64,000 nt of DNA from assembly GCA_043228905.1 (NCBI GenBank), contig JBHGNT010000014.1, forward strand, positions 9,858,001-9,922,000. The letters run 5' to 3'. The notes below the pieces were generated by a model that was not told the origin of the DNA, ran no database searches, and worked only from the letters and a program-made list of their open reading frames with translations. Both the position numbers and the translations under genes were made by a program. Of the stretch, positions 22,226 to 34,051 are shown piece after piece; position 1 is the stretch's first letter, and each line of letters starts with the position of its first letter. The stretch is from Azolla caroliniana. Lineage: Eukaryota; Plantae; Polypodiophyta.

Positions 22226-25200
22226 ATGGACAGAGGAATGGGAAGCTCACTTCCGACTGAAAAGCTTGACAGAAGCAACTATGCATCTTGGTCTTACAAG
22301 ATGCACCAGTACCTGCTCAGCCATGGCTACTGGAGTTATGTTGAAGGAGCAAACGATGTGGCACCTGACTCGACACACAGGGACTATCCGGCTTGGGAAC
22401 AAGCGGCAAGCAGAGTGTTATACTGCCTCGCGTCCTGTGTGAGTGATTAGCTTTTGAGCTATATTCGGGATGCCAAGCGAATCTCAAAAGGATTTTCGCC
22501 ACCAGCACAACGGCCAGAAAGCTGCAACTCAGACAGGAGCTCAACAATGTACGACAAAGAGATATGTCGGTGGCTAATTACACCACCAAGATCAAAGAAA
22601 TCTGTGACTCTCTCGCCTCCGTCAACATGAACGTCAAGGAAGATGAAATGGTGTAGGTTTGTCTTGGTGGCTTGACGTCAAAGTTTGGACCCTTCCGAAC
22701 AACAGTCTGCACGAGGGAGATTACGCCTTCGTTTTTCTAGCTTCAGTCAATGTTGCTCGTAGAAGAAAACCACGTGGGTGCGTCGATGAGTGGGCACGTC
22801 GATGGCAAGATGCTTTACACGGAGGATGATAGGCCCCGTGGTCGTGGTGGACGAGGCGAATCGGCGCGCAATGGAGGCAGCCAAAAAGAGCAGAATGTAC
22901 GGCATAATCGAGATGCTGGAAGCAATCTCGAACCCTCCGCAAGCAGGGGAGTCATGGCGGCACCGGAAGACGGCAAGAGAAGACCGCGCCGGATTGCTGG
23001 TATTGTGGCAAGAAAGGCCATAAGGAGAGCGAGTGCTGGAAAAAGCGAGCCGATTTAGACAAAGACGGATCGAGCTGAAGAGATGCAGAGAGGCGACAGA
23101 GATTGCACTACGTAGAAGGCTCTGAACAAGCCGGAAACAAATCAGGCCCAACCTTCGTAATGAAGCATAAGGCCAATTCTATGGCCGTGAACACCTCGAA
23201 ATCAAGCAAGGTGTGGTATGTTGATTTCGGAGCGTCAAATCATATGACGAGTCACGAGGAATGGTTCTCGTACTTGGAGAAACCGAAATCACAAGGAGTG
23301 GTCGAAACAGGAGACGACACTCCGCATACCATCGAACATGTCAGCGAAGTTCCTCTTAGCCACATCGGGCAGAAAGGGAAACTCATAAACGTGCTGCACG
23401 TCTTGACAATAATGAAGAACCTAGTGTGGGTGTATCAGATCGTCGACCAGGGAATGCAGGTTCGATTCACGCATCTCGGCTGCTTCATAGAAGAGGAAGG
23501 CAAAGTAATTGCACAAAGGTGACGTGAAGGGAGGATGTTTATCCTTGACACTAACCAAGCCGGAACCGCGTTGTACGCGAAAGGACAAAATGTCGAATTG
23601 GATATCGACTTGTGGCACAAGCGGTTCGGCCACGTAAATTTTCCACGGCTTCATGAAATGCAGACGAAGAACATTGTTTTTGGGTTGCCGAAATTTCATG
23701 GCCGGAATGGTCAAGTCTGCGAAGCCTGTCAGATGGGAAAACAACACCGACTTCCATTCCCCAATGAGCGTAATCGTAGTCGAAGTCCGCTGGATTTGAT
23801 CCATTCGGATGTGTGGGGTCCGACACAGAACGTGAGTCTCGGTGGAAGCCGTTACTTTGTAACCTTCATCGATGACTTCACTTGGCACATGTGGGCATGC
23901 ATGATTGAGAAGAAGAGCGAAGTCTTCGCATGTTTCCCGAAGGTGAAGAGCCTTGCGGAAAGGGAAACGGGGCGTAAGATCAAATGCCTACGGTTCGATG
24001 ACGGGAAGGAGTACTGTTCTGACCAGTTCACAAGTTATCTACAGAGGAGGGAATTCGACGCAAATTCTCATGTAGATATATGCCGAAGCAGAACAGCGTA
24101 GTCGAGCGGAAGAATTGGACGATTGAAGAAGCGACCAACGCAATGCTTGAAGAGAAGCATATGCCGAAATTCTATTGGGCCGAAGCCGTGAAGACGGTTG
24201 TCTACCTACAGCATCAGACTTCTGCTAATGGAGGAGTGTCGCCAGATGAGCTGGATTTCGAGAAGAAGCCGAACTTGGCACACTTGAGGATTTTCAACAG
24301 CATCGCGTATGTGCACGTGCCGAAGGAGAAAAGGAGGAAACTGGATGCTAAAGCTGAGAAATGTATCTTGGTCGGCTATTCAGATGAGCAGAAAGGGTAT
24401 AACTGTTATAATCCTCGAACAAAGGAAGTACGCGTAAGCCGCGATGTTGTGTTCGATGAGTCCGCTTCGTGGTACCTACCTGCTACTCTGGAACCTCATG
24501 ACTCCATTCCGATTTTTGAAGAAGAAATCAACGAGGCTGAAATGCCTCTGCATGATGAGAACGTCGGAGCTTCAAGAGAGAGTCCGATCTCATTCCGGTT
24601 AAGCGGGCCGAATGAGGGGCTAGGCCGAGATGGCCAACCAGATGATGAGACGACGAGTAGTGGAGACTCGGTCGTGCATTCCCCACGCAAGAAGCCGAGG
24701 AGACGGCTTACGTGCAAGGAAAAAGGCAAGATGAAAATGCCGGAATACGACTTCGGCAGCGCCGAGTCAGATCGGAGTGAGTCTGACTATGGGAAACTGA
24801 AAGGGAACCTCCACGGAAGAGGTTGACGGTAGCCGAAAAGGTCGTGAAATCGGGTAACAACGAATTACGCCGATCTACCCGCCTCAAGAACCCCATAAAG
24901 AGATACAGGTATAATGAGTACATGGTGCACCATTACACATACATGACACGAGTGGTGGAAGTGCGTGAGCTGGAGAGCTACGTAGAAGCGGCGAAGGACG
25001 CAAATTGGTGTGCCACAATGGAGGAAGAGATGCGCGCCTTAACATAGAACAAGACATGGGACCTGGTTGACGCACCGAAGGGTGTAAAGCCGATCAGATG
25101 CATATGGGTGTATAAGGTGAAATACAACACCGATGGTTTTGTCAACCGCTACAAGGCCCATTTAATAGCTAAAGGCTACGCGCAGAAGCACGTCATGGAC

Positions 25201-26495
25201 TATGATGAGACCTTCGCGCTTGTCGCAAAGATGACTACCGTGCGAGTCCTACTGGCCGTAGTCGCGGCAAAGGGGTGGCATTTACATCAGATGGATATAA
25301 AGAACGCGTTCTTGCAAGGTGATCTTGAGGAACAGGTGTACATGGTACAACCCCCCGGATTTCTATCCAAAAAAACACCTCGGCAGTTTGCCGATTGAAG
25401 AAACCTTTATATGGACTAAAGCAAGCCCTGGGAGCTTGGAATGCAAAGATTACGCAATAGTTGCGTAGGATGGGGTTTGCGCCGTCGAAATCAAACTCTT
25501 CTCTATTTGTTCGGCAAGGACAATATGGACTGGTCTGTCTGCTCTTGTACATTGATGATTTAGTCATCGCCGGTGCCAACCTTGACGAAATCCGCCACGT
25601 GAAGTCTCAGCTTGTGGCATCATTTGAAATGAAGGATCTCGGAGACCTTCATTACTTCCTCGGGATCGAAGTGATCCGTACCCCCGAAGGCATATTGATC
25701 AGCCAACGTCATTACGCGCTGAATATGCTCTTCAAGTTCGGGATGGCAAACTGTAAGCCCATGTCGACCCCTCTGGATAGAAACGTGAAGCTTCACCCAG
25801 ATTCGGGCAAGGCGTGCGACCCAACACGGTTCCGACAGATTGTCGGGAGCCTTATCTATTTGACGATTACTCGGCCGGATTTTAGCTTCCCGGTAGGCTT
25901 AATCAGTCAATTCATGTCGCAACCTACGACCGAACACTTTCAGTGCGCGCAAAGGATACTGCGTTATGTCAGTGGCATGAAAGACATGGCGTTGTTTTAT
26001 TAGGCAGGCATAGCCGAACAGTTAGTCGGCTACATAGATGCTGATTGGGCCGGAAACGCCCACGATCGTCGATCCACATTTGGATACGCATTCTCGTTAG
26101 GAAGTGCGGCGATCGCGCAGCCTACAGTAGCACTGTTGAGCACGGAGGCTGAATATCGAGGGGCGACTATCGCTACGTGTGAAGTCATTTGGCTAAAACG
26201 GCTATTACGGGATCTGCATGTAGAGGTGTCTGATCCGACGACAATCCATTGTGACAACCTTAGCAGTATCCACCTTGCGAAGAACCCCATGTTCCACGCC
26301 CAAACCAAGCACATTGAGGTGCATTACCATTTTTTCCACGAGCGGGTCCTTTCAGGTGAAGTCGAACTAGTGCATGTTCCGACTGATTGACAGATTGCCG
26401 ACATCTTCACAAAGCCTCTTGGTCTCGACAAGTTGCGACATTTCTCGAGTGTACTTGGGTTGCGTCACCCCAACACGCCAAACTTGAGGGGGAGA
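22226..26495 (+). pseudogene. gag-pol: gag-pol of copia F with stops and frameshifts
   Basis: ORF pieces starting at 22226, 23103, 23535, 24080, 25108, 25461 and 26136 in copia order gag-PR-INT-RT-RH. Confidence 0.9.
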
Positions 26496-27454
26496 GAGGA
26501 AGATCAGGAACCAGAGCGTGAAAGGAGCGGAGGTAAGCATCACGGTGGAAGTGACCGAGATGCGGAGTCGGATGGAGAATTTGACTTCGAACCGGCTGAA
26601 GAAGCCGAACATGGAAGCAAGGGCCGTAAGCATAAGAAGGAGTCGAGGACAACCGGAACAGGGGGAGATAAGGCCAAGAATAAGACGTGGTCGGATGTTT
26701 TCAGGGGCCTGAAGACCGAAGACGAGTTGGAGACAGCCAAGTCGAATGAGAGCGTAAACCAATCGGAGGAAGCCGAGTCGGTTCAGATGTTTGATTTGGA
26801 TACGCTGAATCAACCAAGGGCCAAGCAGAAGAGAAGGCAGCAGAAGAGGCGCCAACACTGCAACAGCAAGGAAGCTGAGAAGGGTCGTGTGAGCAGACAA
26901 GTAGACCAAAAGGGTCGAGGCGCACGGAACTAAACGGGTTTAGGAGTGCGAGTGAGGCGTGGAGCCAAGAGAAGCTGAACCGTAGATCCGGCGGAGTAGG
27001 CGGAACCTCAAGTTGAGCTTGAGGGGGAGTGTTGAGAGACAAGCTCAACATTCGTGCGTAATACGATGCGTAACCCAGTGCGTAGACTGGGTGCGTAAAT
27101 CAGTACGCACAACATGGCCGTATCGGTGTGAAAACCGCGAGGCCGTTGGGAAGATATTCCTTGTAAGGAATAATTTTGGGAGTTAGTGTAGTAGGCTCAT
27201 TTATGAGCGGTCAAGTACTGTCAATACTTGTGTTAGCCCGATTGTCAGGGCTTGTATAAAAGGTGCTCATTGAGCACGATGTATGTACAGAGAGTCATTA
27301 TTTTGAATCTAAGTTTTCTGTTGTCTACTCTCTCTCTCTCTCTCTCTCTCCATCTCCATCTCTGCATTTTCTATGTTTTACCGAATTGTCTCATTCCTCC
27401 GAATTGTGTACTATGTGTCTACGCACATGCTTCTGCACAGCGCAATTTTTTACA

Positions 27455-28146
27455 ACAGTTACAACTCAAACTTTGGTTACTTCTGAAGAATTATCTTGTA
27501 AACCACATGTACCAAAAAGAATTCTCGATGTTAAAACAAAAAAATTACGTACTAAAGAAATCCAAGAATTTAAAATAAAATGGATGGATAAATCGATAAA
27601 AGATGCCACATGGGAAGTCGAAAATTCTCTCAGAACTAACCTCCCTAACTTTCCATTGTAAGAGTGCAATGCTTTAAAGAGGGGGGAGTATGTTATGGGC
27701 ATGACCATATAATATCCTGTGGTGAGAATTTACCATAGTATTTTATACATGTGGATAGGTGTGAGGGTTAAATGAGAGTGTAAAGAAGGGGAGGATTACT
27801 TTGAATCCTTGGGATTGAGACGACCCATTAGGCCAAGTGTGAACTTGCTTGGGGGCCTTGGGTATTGCTATAAATAAGAGGCCTAGCTACCCTCATTTCA
27901 TTATCTTTTGACTACGTCGAGACTCTGTTCTTGTGGTGGGTCAACTCTTGTAGTGAGCGTGCCAGCACCAAGTACTACTCGACGCTACGGCGGTGGTATG
28001 GGGCGCCAATCGAGGCTCGAGTCCATCTCGATCCCTTTGCTTGGGGTGGTCGGGTGGATCCGCAACCTTCTTTCTGTCTCTCCTTTCTGTCTATCTATCT
28101 ATCTTTTATCCTTATCATATGCTTACTTTATATCATATCTCTAATA
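27455..28146 (+). mobile_element. Chromovirus 3' end: chromodomain, PPT and 3' LTR (27691-28146)
   Basis: PKRILDVK...EFKIKWMDKSIKDATWE chromodomain; AAGAGGGGGGAG PPT; the LTR is the reverse complement of 55043-55497. Confidence 0.88.
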
Positions 28147-28183
28147 CCCTCCCTTGCTCTCCCTCTCCAACACTAATCTCGAG

Positions 28184-28224
<41 letters not shown>

Positions 28225-30917
28225 GCATCTCTGTGTTGTGTGTTTGTCTCTCCCCTAACTCATCATTTCGTTTTTGGGATGGAAACCCTAGACCCTCAGA
28301 AGAAGAAGTAGTGAAGAAGAAACACAGCAGCAACCTGGAAGAGGCAGAAGAAGGGGAAGGAAGAATGTTGCAATAGCCTCGAAGAAGTACAAATCTATCC
28401 AGCAGCAGAAAGAAGAATCATGCATGAGTGAAATTTGCATACTAGAGAAGAATTAGAAACCTGCACAAAATAGCTCAAAGACGAAGTGGATATATATCAA
28501 CGGAAATGGAAGAAGATGAAGAGGTAGAGCCTTTTTTAGAGTTTATGGCCAAAGATGGAACATGTTATGCTGGCACCGCTACCTGAATAGGCCCATCATC
28601 AAGTGATATGCGTGTTCATTTCTTGCACTATTCTGAGAATGAAGATGAGACATGGCATCCTCATTCTTTCAAATCCTCTTATCATGTTGATGCCATGATC
28701 CGCTCTATCATACTCATGCTCATGTTGTTCCTTCCTTTCCCTCACTCAGTTTGAGAGACAGTGTAGCGTGGTCATGGCAACCTTCACCTCCATCTGCATT
28801 CCCTCTACTGAAGCAGATGCCAAAGATAGAGAAGAAGAAGAAGAAGTAGACGATGGTTATGGCTGTGGTTATGGCTCTCTGGACTCTCCGAACAACCATT
28901 ACTCTCTCGCTCACCTCCAAAGCCCTTCCGCTTTCCCTTCATATCTCTCCGGTGAAGACGAACTCCAATACAGTCAGATGGATCCGCTTAGATTGGATTG
29001 CATCTCTGATGATCTCCATGCTTTGAGTCCTCTCCGTTTCCTCAGTACACAAAAAGATTCATGGATGGAAACCCCAGATCACCCAAATGATGGATGCGAA
29101 GCATTATCTGTCAAAGAAGACTCATTGGGTGAGGATATAAAAGACAATCCCCATTCCATCTAATTCCTGCTCCATCGTGTCAGATCCATGTTTCTTCAAC
29201 AACAGTAGAGGATATTCCTTCTCTCACCGTGAAAGGTCAATCTGTTTCACTTGAAAGGTCTCCAGAGTCAGTGGATAATACTGTGTATCATATTACTAAT
29301 GATATTTTGCTAGATAGATTATCACAAGCGAATGCATGTATGCAACATCTTCCATCTATGTTGTGCACTTCCCTTCCAAGTAATTCTCATGAGTGTGGCA
29401 CAATGGATTCCATTTTAATTCCACCCTTGCATTTGCAAGCAAATATGTGTGGTCATGGATCATCATTCTCTTGCAATGATCATTGCCTTGATGGTTGTGA
29501 CCTTATAGGCTCTTGCTCCATCCCTCAATACCTCATTATGGCCAACCTTTTGTTAGTTGAATCTCTTCAGGGATTGAAAAGAATTTCCGATAAAGATGTT
29601 GCCTTCACTACAACCTGGTGGAGAGCTCTACTCCTAGCATCAATGGCAAGGACGATTACAACATCTTCAGCAGAATGGTCCTTGAGATCAGTGTCGCCGC
29701 TGCCGCAATCGCTGTTGTCACCATCCGCCATAATCGAAAAGACGGATGCCCACTGACTAGTTCAAAACTCAAAGAGCAACAAGAAGCCAAGCAAGAGCTG
29801 AGATGAAGAAGAGGAAAGAAGATTGAAAGAAATAAGAAGAAGAAGAAGAAGAAGACGAAAGTAGACAGAAAGAAAGGAAAAGAAGCAGAAATTAGAAAGC
29901 ATGGAGGATGAAAGGAAGAAAACAAGAAGATGAAAGTAGATGGTAACCACTACCATCACCACCACCACCAGAGAGGAGAGAGGGCATACAGAGAATAAAG
30001 GAAGAAAGAAGAAAAGTAGAGAAGAGAAGACTTAAAAGAAAGAAGGGCATCACATGAAAATTACAATAACTCGAGGGCACGCACTCGAATTTCAGAAACT
30101 CGAGGGCACGCACTCGAATTTCAGAAACTCGAGGGCATGCAAAAAAATTTCGGAAACAGAAGGGCAGGACACGAGATTTCTAAAACCGGAGGGTACTTAA
30201 TATAATTTTAGAAAAAACTTGAGGGGTAGGACATAAAATTTCAGAAACACAACACATCACTACACATACTAAAGAAGAAAACATATCGATATCTATATAT
30301 ACACGCCCACATACACCCACAATTATTGATAAACCTAAATGACAGTACCATAGTGGATGAGACGATTGGTGTGCGATCCAATCGTGCGATTATGTTGACC
30401 GAACAAGAAGGTTCGTGTTAAGCCAGCTCCGATCAAAGTTATTGATCGTCAAGCAATAATCCAATTGAGGAATTTCCGACCGTGAGAGAAGACCCATGGA
30501 GTTCTGGTGAACAAGAGTTTTTTCGGTAGGGGCTTGTGGGTCCAACGTGCAATGCACTGTCCCACAGGCATGCCAGGTGTTATCCGTATAGGTGTATGGA
30601 GGGATAAGGTGTAGTGTGTATGGTCTAAGGTGTTTAATGTATATGAGTGTGTGAGAATGAGTATGTGTGAGCACATGCACAATTATGTGCATGTGACAAG
30701 AATGTAACGGTCTTCTTTGTGTAACAGTCATATGATTAACCATTACATTATGTACTAGATAAAAACCCCTTATGGGGCACATAATGGAAATATAGCTTTT
30801 TCCCCTCATTTCTGTGTGATTTCGTATTTTCACTTTCCTTCTCTCTCTCTCTCTCTCTCTCTATCGTAATCCCCTTGGGAGGGGGGGTTCTAGGCTTCAC
30901 CCCCCACCCCATCAACA
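28147..30917 (+). mobile_element. Non-autonomous element C, interior plus 3' LTR 30578-30917
   Basis: Shares ~30-bp repeats and a conserved 3' block with 41930-42357 and 56020-56400; LTR TGTTAT...CAACA; copia integrase sequence follows the LTR. Confidence 0.75.
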
Positions 30918-33467
30918 CTTGGACACTTCAAGAGAGAATTGTTTCCATGATGCAACATGCCGAACTATCACATGGTTTCTGGGCAGAGACACTACTCACT
31001 ACTGTCATCCAGTAGGCCTTGAGGACTTCAAATCCCGCAGGAGAGAGTCGTTAACTCTACTTGTTGAACATGCATCCTCTAGTAGAATTCCACTTTTGTA
31101 ATATATACTATAAGAATGAGTTGTGCATGCCACTTTTGTATACTTCAGGAGAGAATTGTTGCCATGATGCAACATGCCGAACTATCACATGGTTTCTAGG
31201 CAGAGACACTACTCACTACCGTGCACATATTAACATGTCATCGAGTAGGCCTCTAGGACTTCAAATCCCACAGGAGCTTTGGACCAGCCAAAGGCCAAAT
31301 TATGAGAAGCTGCAGATTTTTGGGTGCGAAGCATTCACCCTTGTGCATTGTGCCAAAGGAAGATTGACGAAAGTGTGATCCGTGATCCAAGAAATGTATT
31401 TTTCTTGGTTATGAACCAGACAACGAATTCAGTTAGCGACTTTGGGATCCATAAAACAAACAAGTTGTCTGAAGTTTAGACGTCGTTTTCAACGAGTCGG
31501 AGATGCACAAGTAGGCTAAAAGGCCGATCGAAGTCAAAAGAGTAATTTTTTTTGACATTGTGAATAATCCTAATGGCCCATCACCACTCTAGAGCTACAA
31601 CACGACATGTTGCCTCTACAAGACGAAGTACGGCTACGACCAATACTTCAATACAAGCCAACTCTGAGAGAGGCCTATGTAGCGATCCACAAAATGGATC
31701 GTCTACTCAAGAGACCATCATTAGTGATGATCCCATGAGCCCAATCATCCCAAGATGATTTGAACGACCGTCTTAGCCACCGGAGAGGTACACTCCTGGA
31801 CTATTCTTCATGGAAGACGTATCGATCGGCTTGTGCCGATTCGGCCACTTGGCATTTGGTGATGGAGTCGAAGATGAAGTTCGTTCGGTAGAATAAGACA
31901 TGGGACTTAGTTGAATTGCCAAAAACTCAGTGTGCTCTTCTGTGCAAGTGGGTTTATCGACTCAAAGAGACGTCTGATTCAACAAGTTCCAAATTCAAAG
32001 CCTGACTAATAACAAAGGGGTTTTGGCGAGAATATGGCATCGATTTCAAAGAAATTTTTTCACCAGTGGTGAAAATGACGACCCTTCGATTCTTATTTGG
32101 CATAGTGGCAACCAAAGACTTGGTGTTGATCCAATTAGACGTGAAGACGACATTCCTCCGCAGTGACCTAGAAGAGGAAATCTATATGGAACAGCAAAAA
32201 GGCTTTGTTGAACCAGGTTGTGAACGTCTAGTATGCCGACTCAAGAAGAGTCTCTACGGCCTAAAGCAGGCTCCCCGACAGTGGTATAAGAAGTTCAACG
32301 ATTTTATACAATTGGTCGGCTTCTCCAAGAGCAATGAGGACCACTGCCTCTTCTAAAAAACAACTCAAGTTGGGGCTCCCATCTTCCTCATCCTCTACGT
32401 GGATGGCATGCTACTCTCCGGTCGGCATGTCGGAGAGCCTGTCGATCTCGTTCGGCAATTGTAGTTGAAGTTTGCAATGAAGGACCACGCCCGGCTCGAA
32501 ACATACTTGGAATGAAGATTAGTTAGCTCTGGAACCGACGACAATTATTCTTGTCTCAAGACACCTACATCATAAGTGTCTTGCAGCTCTTCAACATGCT
32601 CTCGGCCAAATCTGCTTCGACCCCGCTCCCCATTAGCCTTCGGCTGTCTCACCGAGACTTTTCGACATCCAGTCTAGAGGGGGAAGATATGAAGTTGGTA
32701 CCATATGCACCAACAATCGACTACTTAATGTACGCGATGATTGTGCGACAACCTGATATTGCTCATGTAATAGGAGTCATCCGTAGATTCATGCACAACC
32801 CTGGTCAATCCCATTGGAATGCAATCAAGCATGTGTTCAGATATTTGGTAGGCACACAAGACCTTGGCATCCTCTTCGGTCTGAACAAAAACCTAAGTGT
32901 AGTCAACTACTTCAACCATGAAAGTTGGATACATAGCCACGTCTAATGCGGCGAAATAGGCTCTATGGCTCAGTCGGCTTGCGTGTACGTTTTGACAAAC
33001 TGATCCCAATTCGGCTCCAGTTGTATACAACAACAATCAGGGTGATGTCACCTTGTCGAAAAACCTGGTTCACCATAATGCCTCGAAGCATAACGACATT
33101 CAGTATCACTTTGTTCGGATCTGTGTACTTCAGGGAAGCTCGACCTCGAGAAAATCAATACGATCGACAATGTAGCAAGCGAGAGGAAAAAATGTCTATC
33201 AGTTGACCGATTTAGGTCACTTCGGCACCAAATGGGCTTAAGCAGAAATCAGTCTGATCGAGTCAGACAATAGACATAGCTTCGAACAATAAGCCTCAAC
33301 AGTCAATCCGGTTTTTGCTCTCAAACTAGCCGATTAGACCGTTGCTTCTCTCGCCCATCGTTGATTCAACTATGAGCCGATCAATCCTAGCATCTGCTTG
33401 TATATCATGTATATCTTGTTTCATATTAAAACTCTCTCCTTAGTGTATATGCCCATTATGGGGGAGT
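30918..33467 (+). pseudogene. pol: Degenerate Ty1/copia fragment I (INT-RT-RH-PPT), related to copia H
   Basis: IFGCEAF, QLDVKTTFL, KKSLYGLKQAPRQWY and HWNAIKHVFRYL motifs; ends in GGGGGAGT. Confidence 0.85.
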
Positions 33468-34051
33468 TGTTACTCCCTCTTGGAGAAACACCGTCAATTA
33501 CTCCTCATGAGTAATTGGGTCAAGGTCTTGTGGTGCGAAGGAGAGTTGGGGGTCATGATGTTCTACTGAGATCGTTAACCGAGTCGTTACGGGGTATATG
33601 ACTTCCTGGGGCTTGTGATTGTTATTTAGACGGTCCCACTTGGGGTGGGATCACGACCAGAGAAATAAGAAGGCTACGTTGTGGGACTGGCCACAACCGA
33701 TCCTTATGTACGTCCTTTACCCAGACCAAACTTGGTATAGATATATGTATACATGAAATAAAGATGAGACAAAACACGGAAGTTACCCACAAGATCTATA
33801 TATATTCGATTAAAGTGTAGCATACAGATACAAGTACCGAGTATATTCGTTAACACTCACTCTCTCTCTATTAGTCTATTCCTATCAGTCTATATCTCCC
33901 GCCCTTCTGTGTTCGCTAATCCCTAATATATATAGCTTCCTTCTGCTTGGCACTTTCCACCCGTTCCTTCCTTGATATTCGGCTTCCCTTGTTTTGGTTG
34001 TTAGTGCTCGACTCCCTTTGGTTCATTTCACACTTGTCCCACAGGGTAACA
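33468..34051 (-). repeat. 3' LTR of element D
   Basis: TGTTAC...GTAACA termini; 33566-33728 recurs at 58846-59010. Confidence 0.8.

Larger units (their letters stand above)
16474..27454 (+). mobile_element. Ty1/copia element F, degenerate; 5' LTR split by the insertion at 16564-21802
   Basis: 5' LTR pieces ~16474-16563 and 21803-22122 match the 3' LTR 27030-27454; PBS TGGTATCAGAGC 22123-22134; protease WYVDFGASNHM; INT HSDVWGP; [13 protein letters not shown] and YIDD; [17 protein letters not shown]; PPT GAGGGGGAG 27021-27029. Confidence 0.92.

Noticed and set aside
7931-28146. Chromovirus gag-RT at 7931-10986 and chromodomain-LTR at 27455-28146 as one interrupted element
   Set aside because: Plausible, but no matching 5' LTR or TSD is visible and most of RH-INT is missing, so I could not support it.
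33458-33475. PPT directly before the LTR at 33468, suggesting it is copia I's 3' LTR
   Set aside because: The LTR ends resemble the gypsy E/A family in minus orientation and carry the family motif at the other end. More likely D inserted at the copia PPT.
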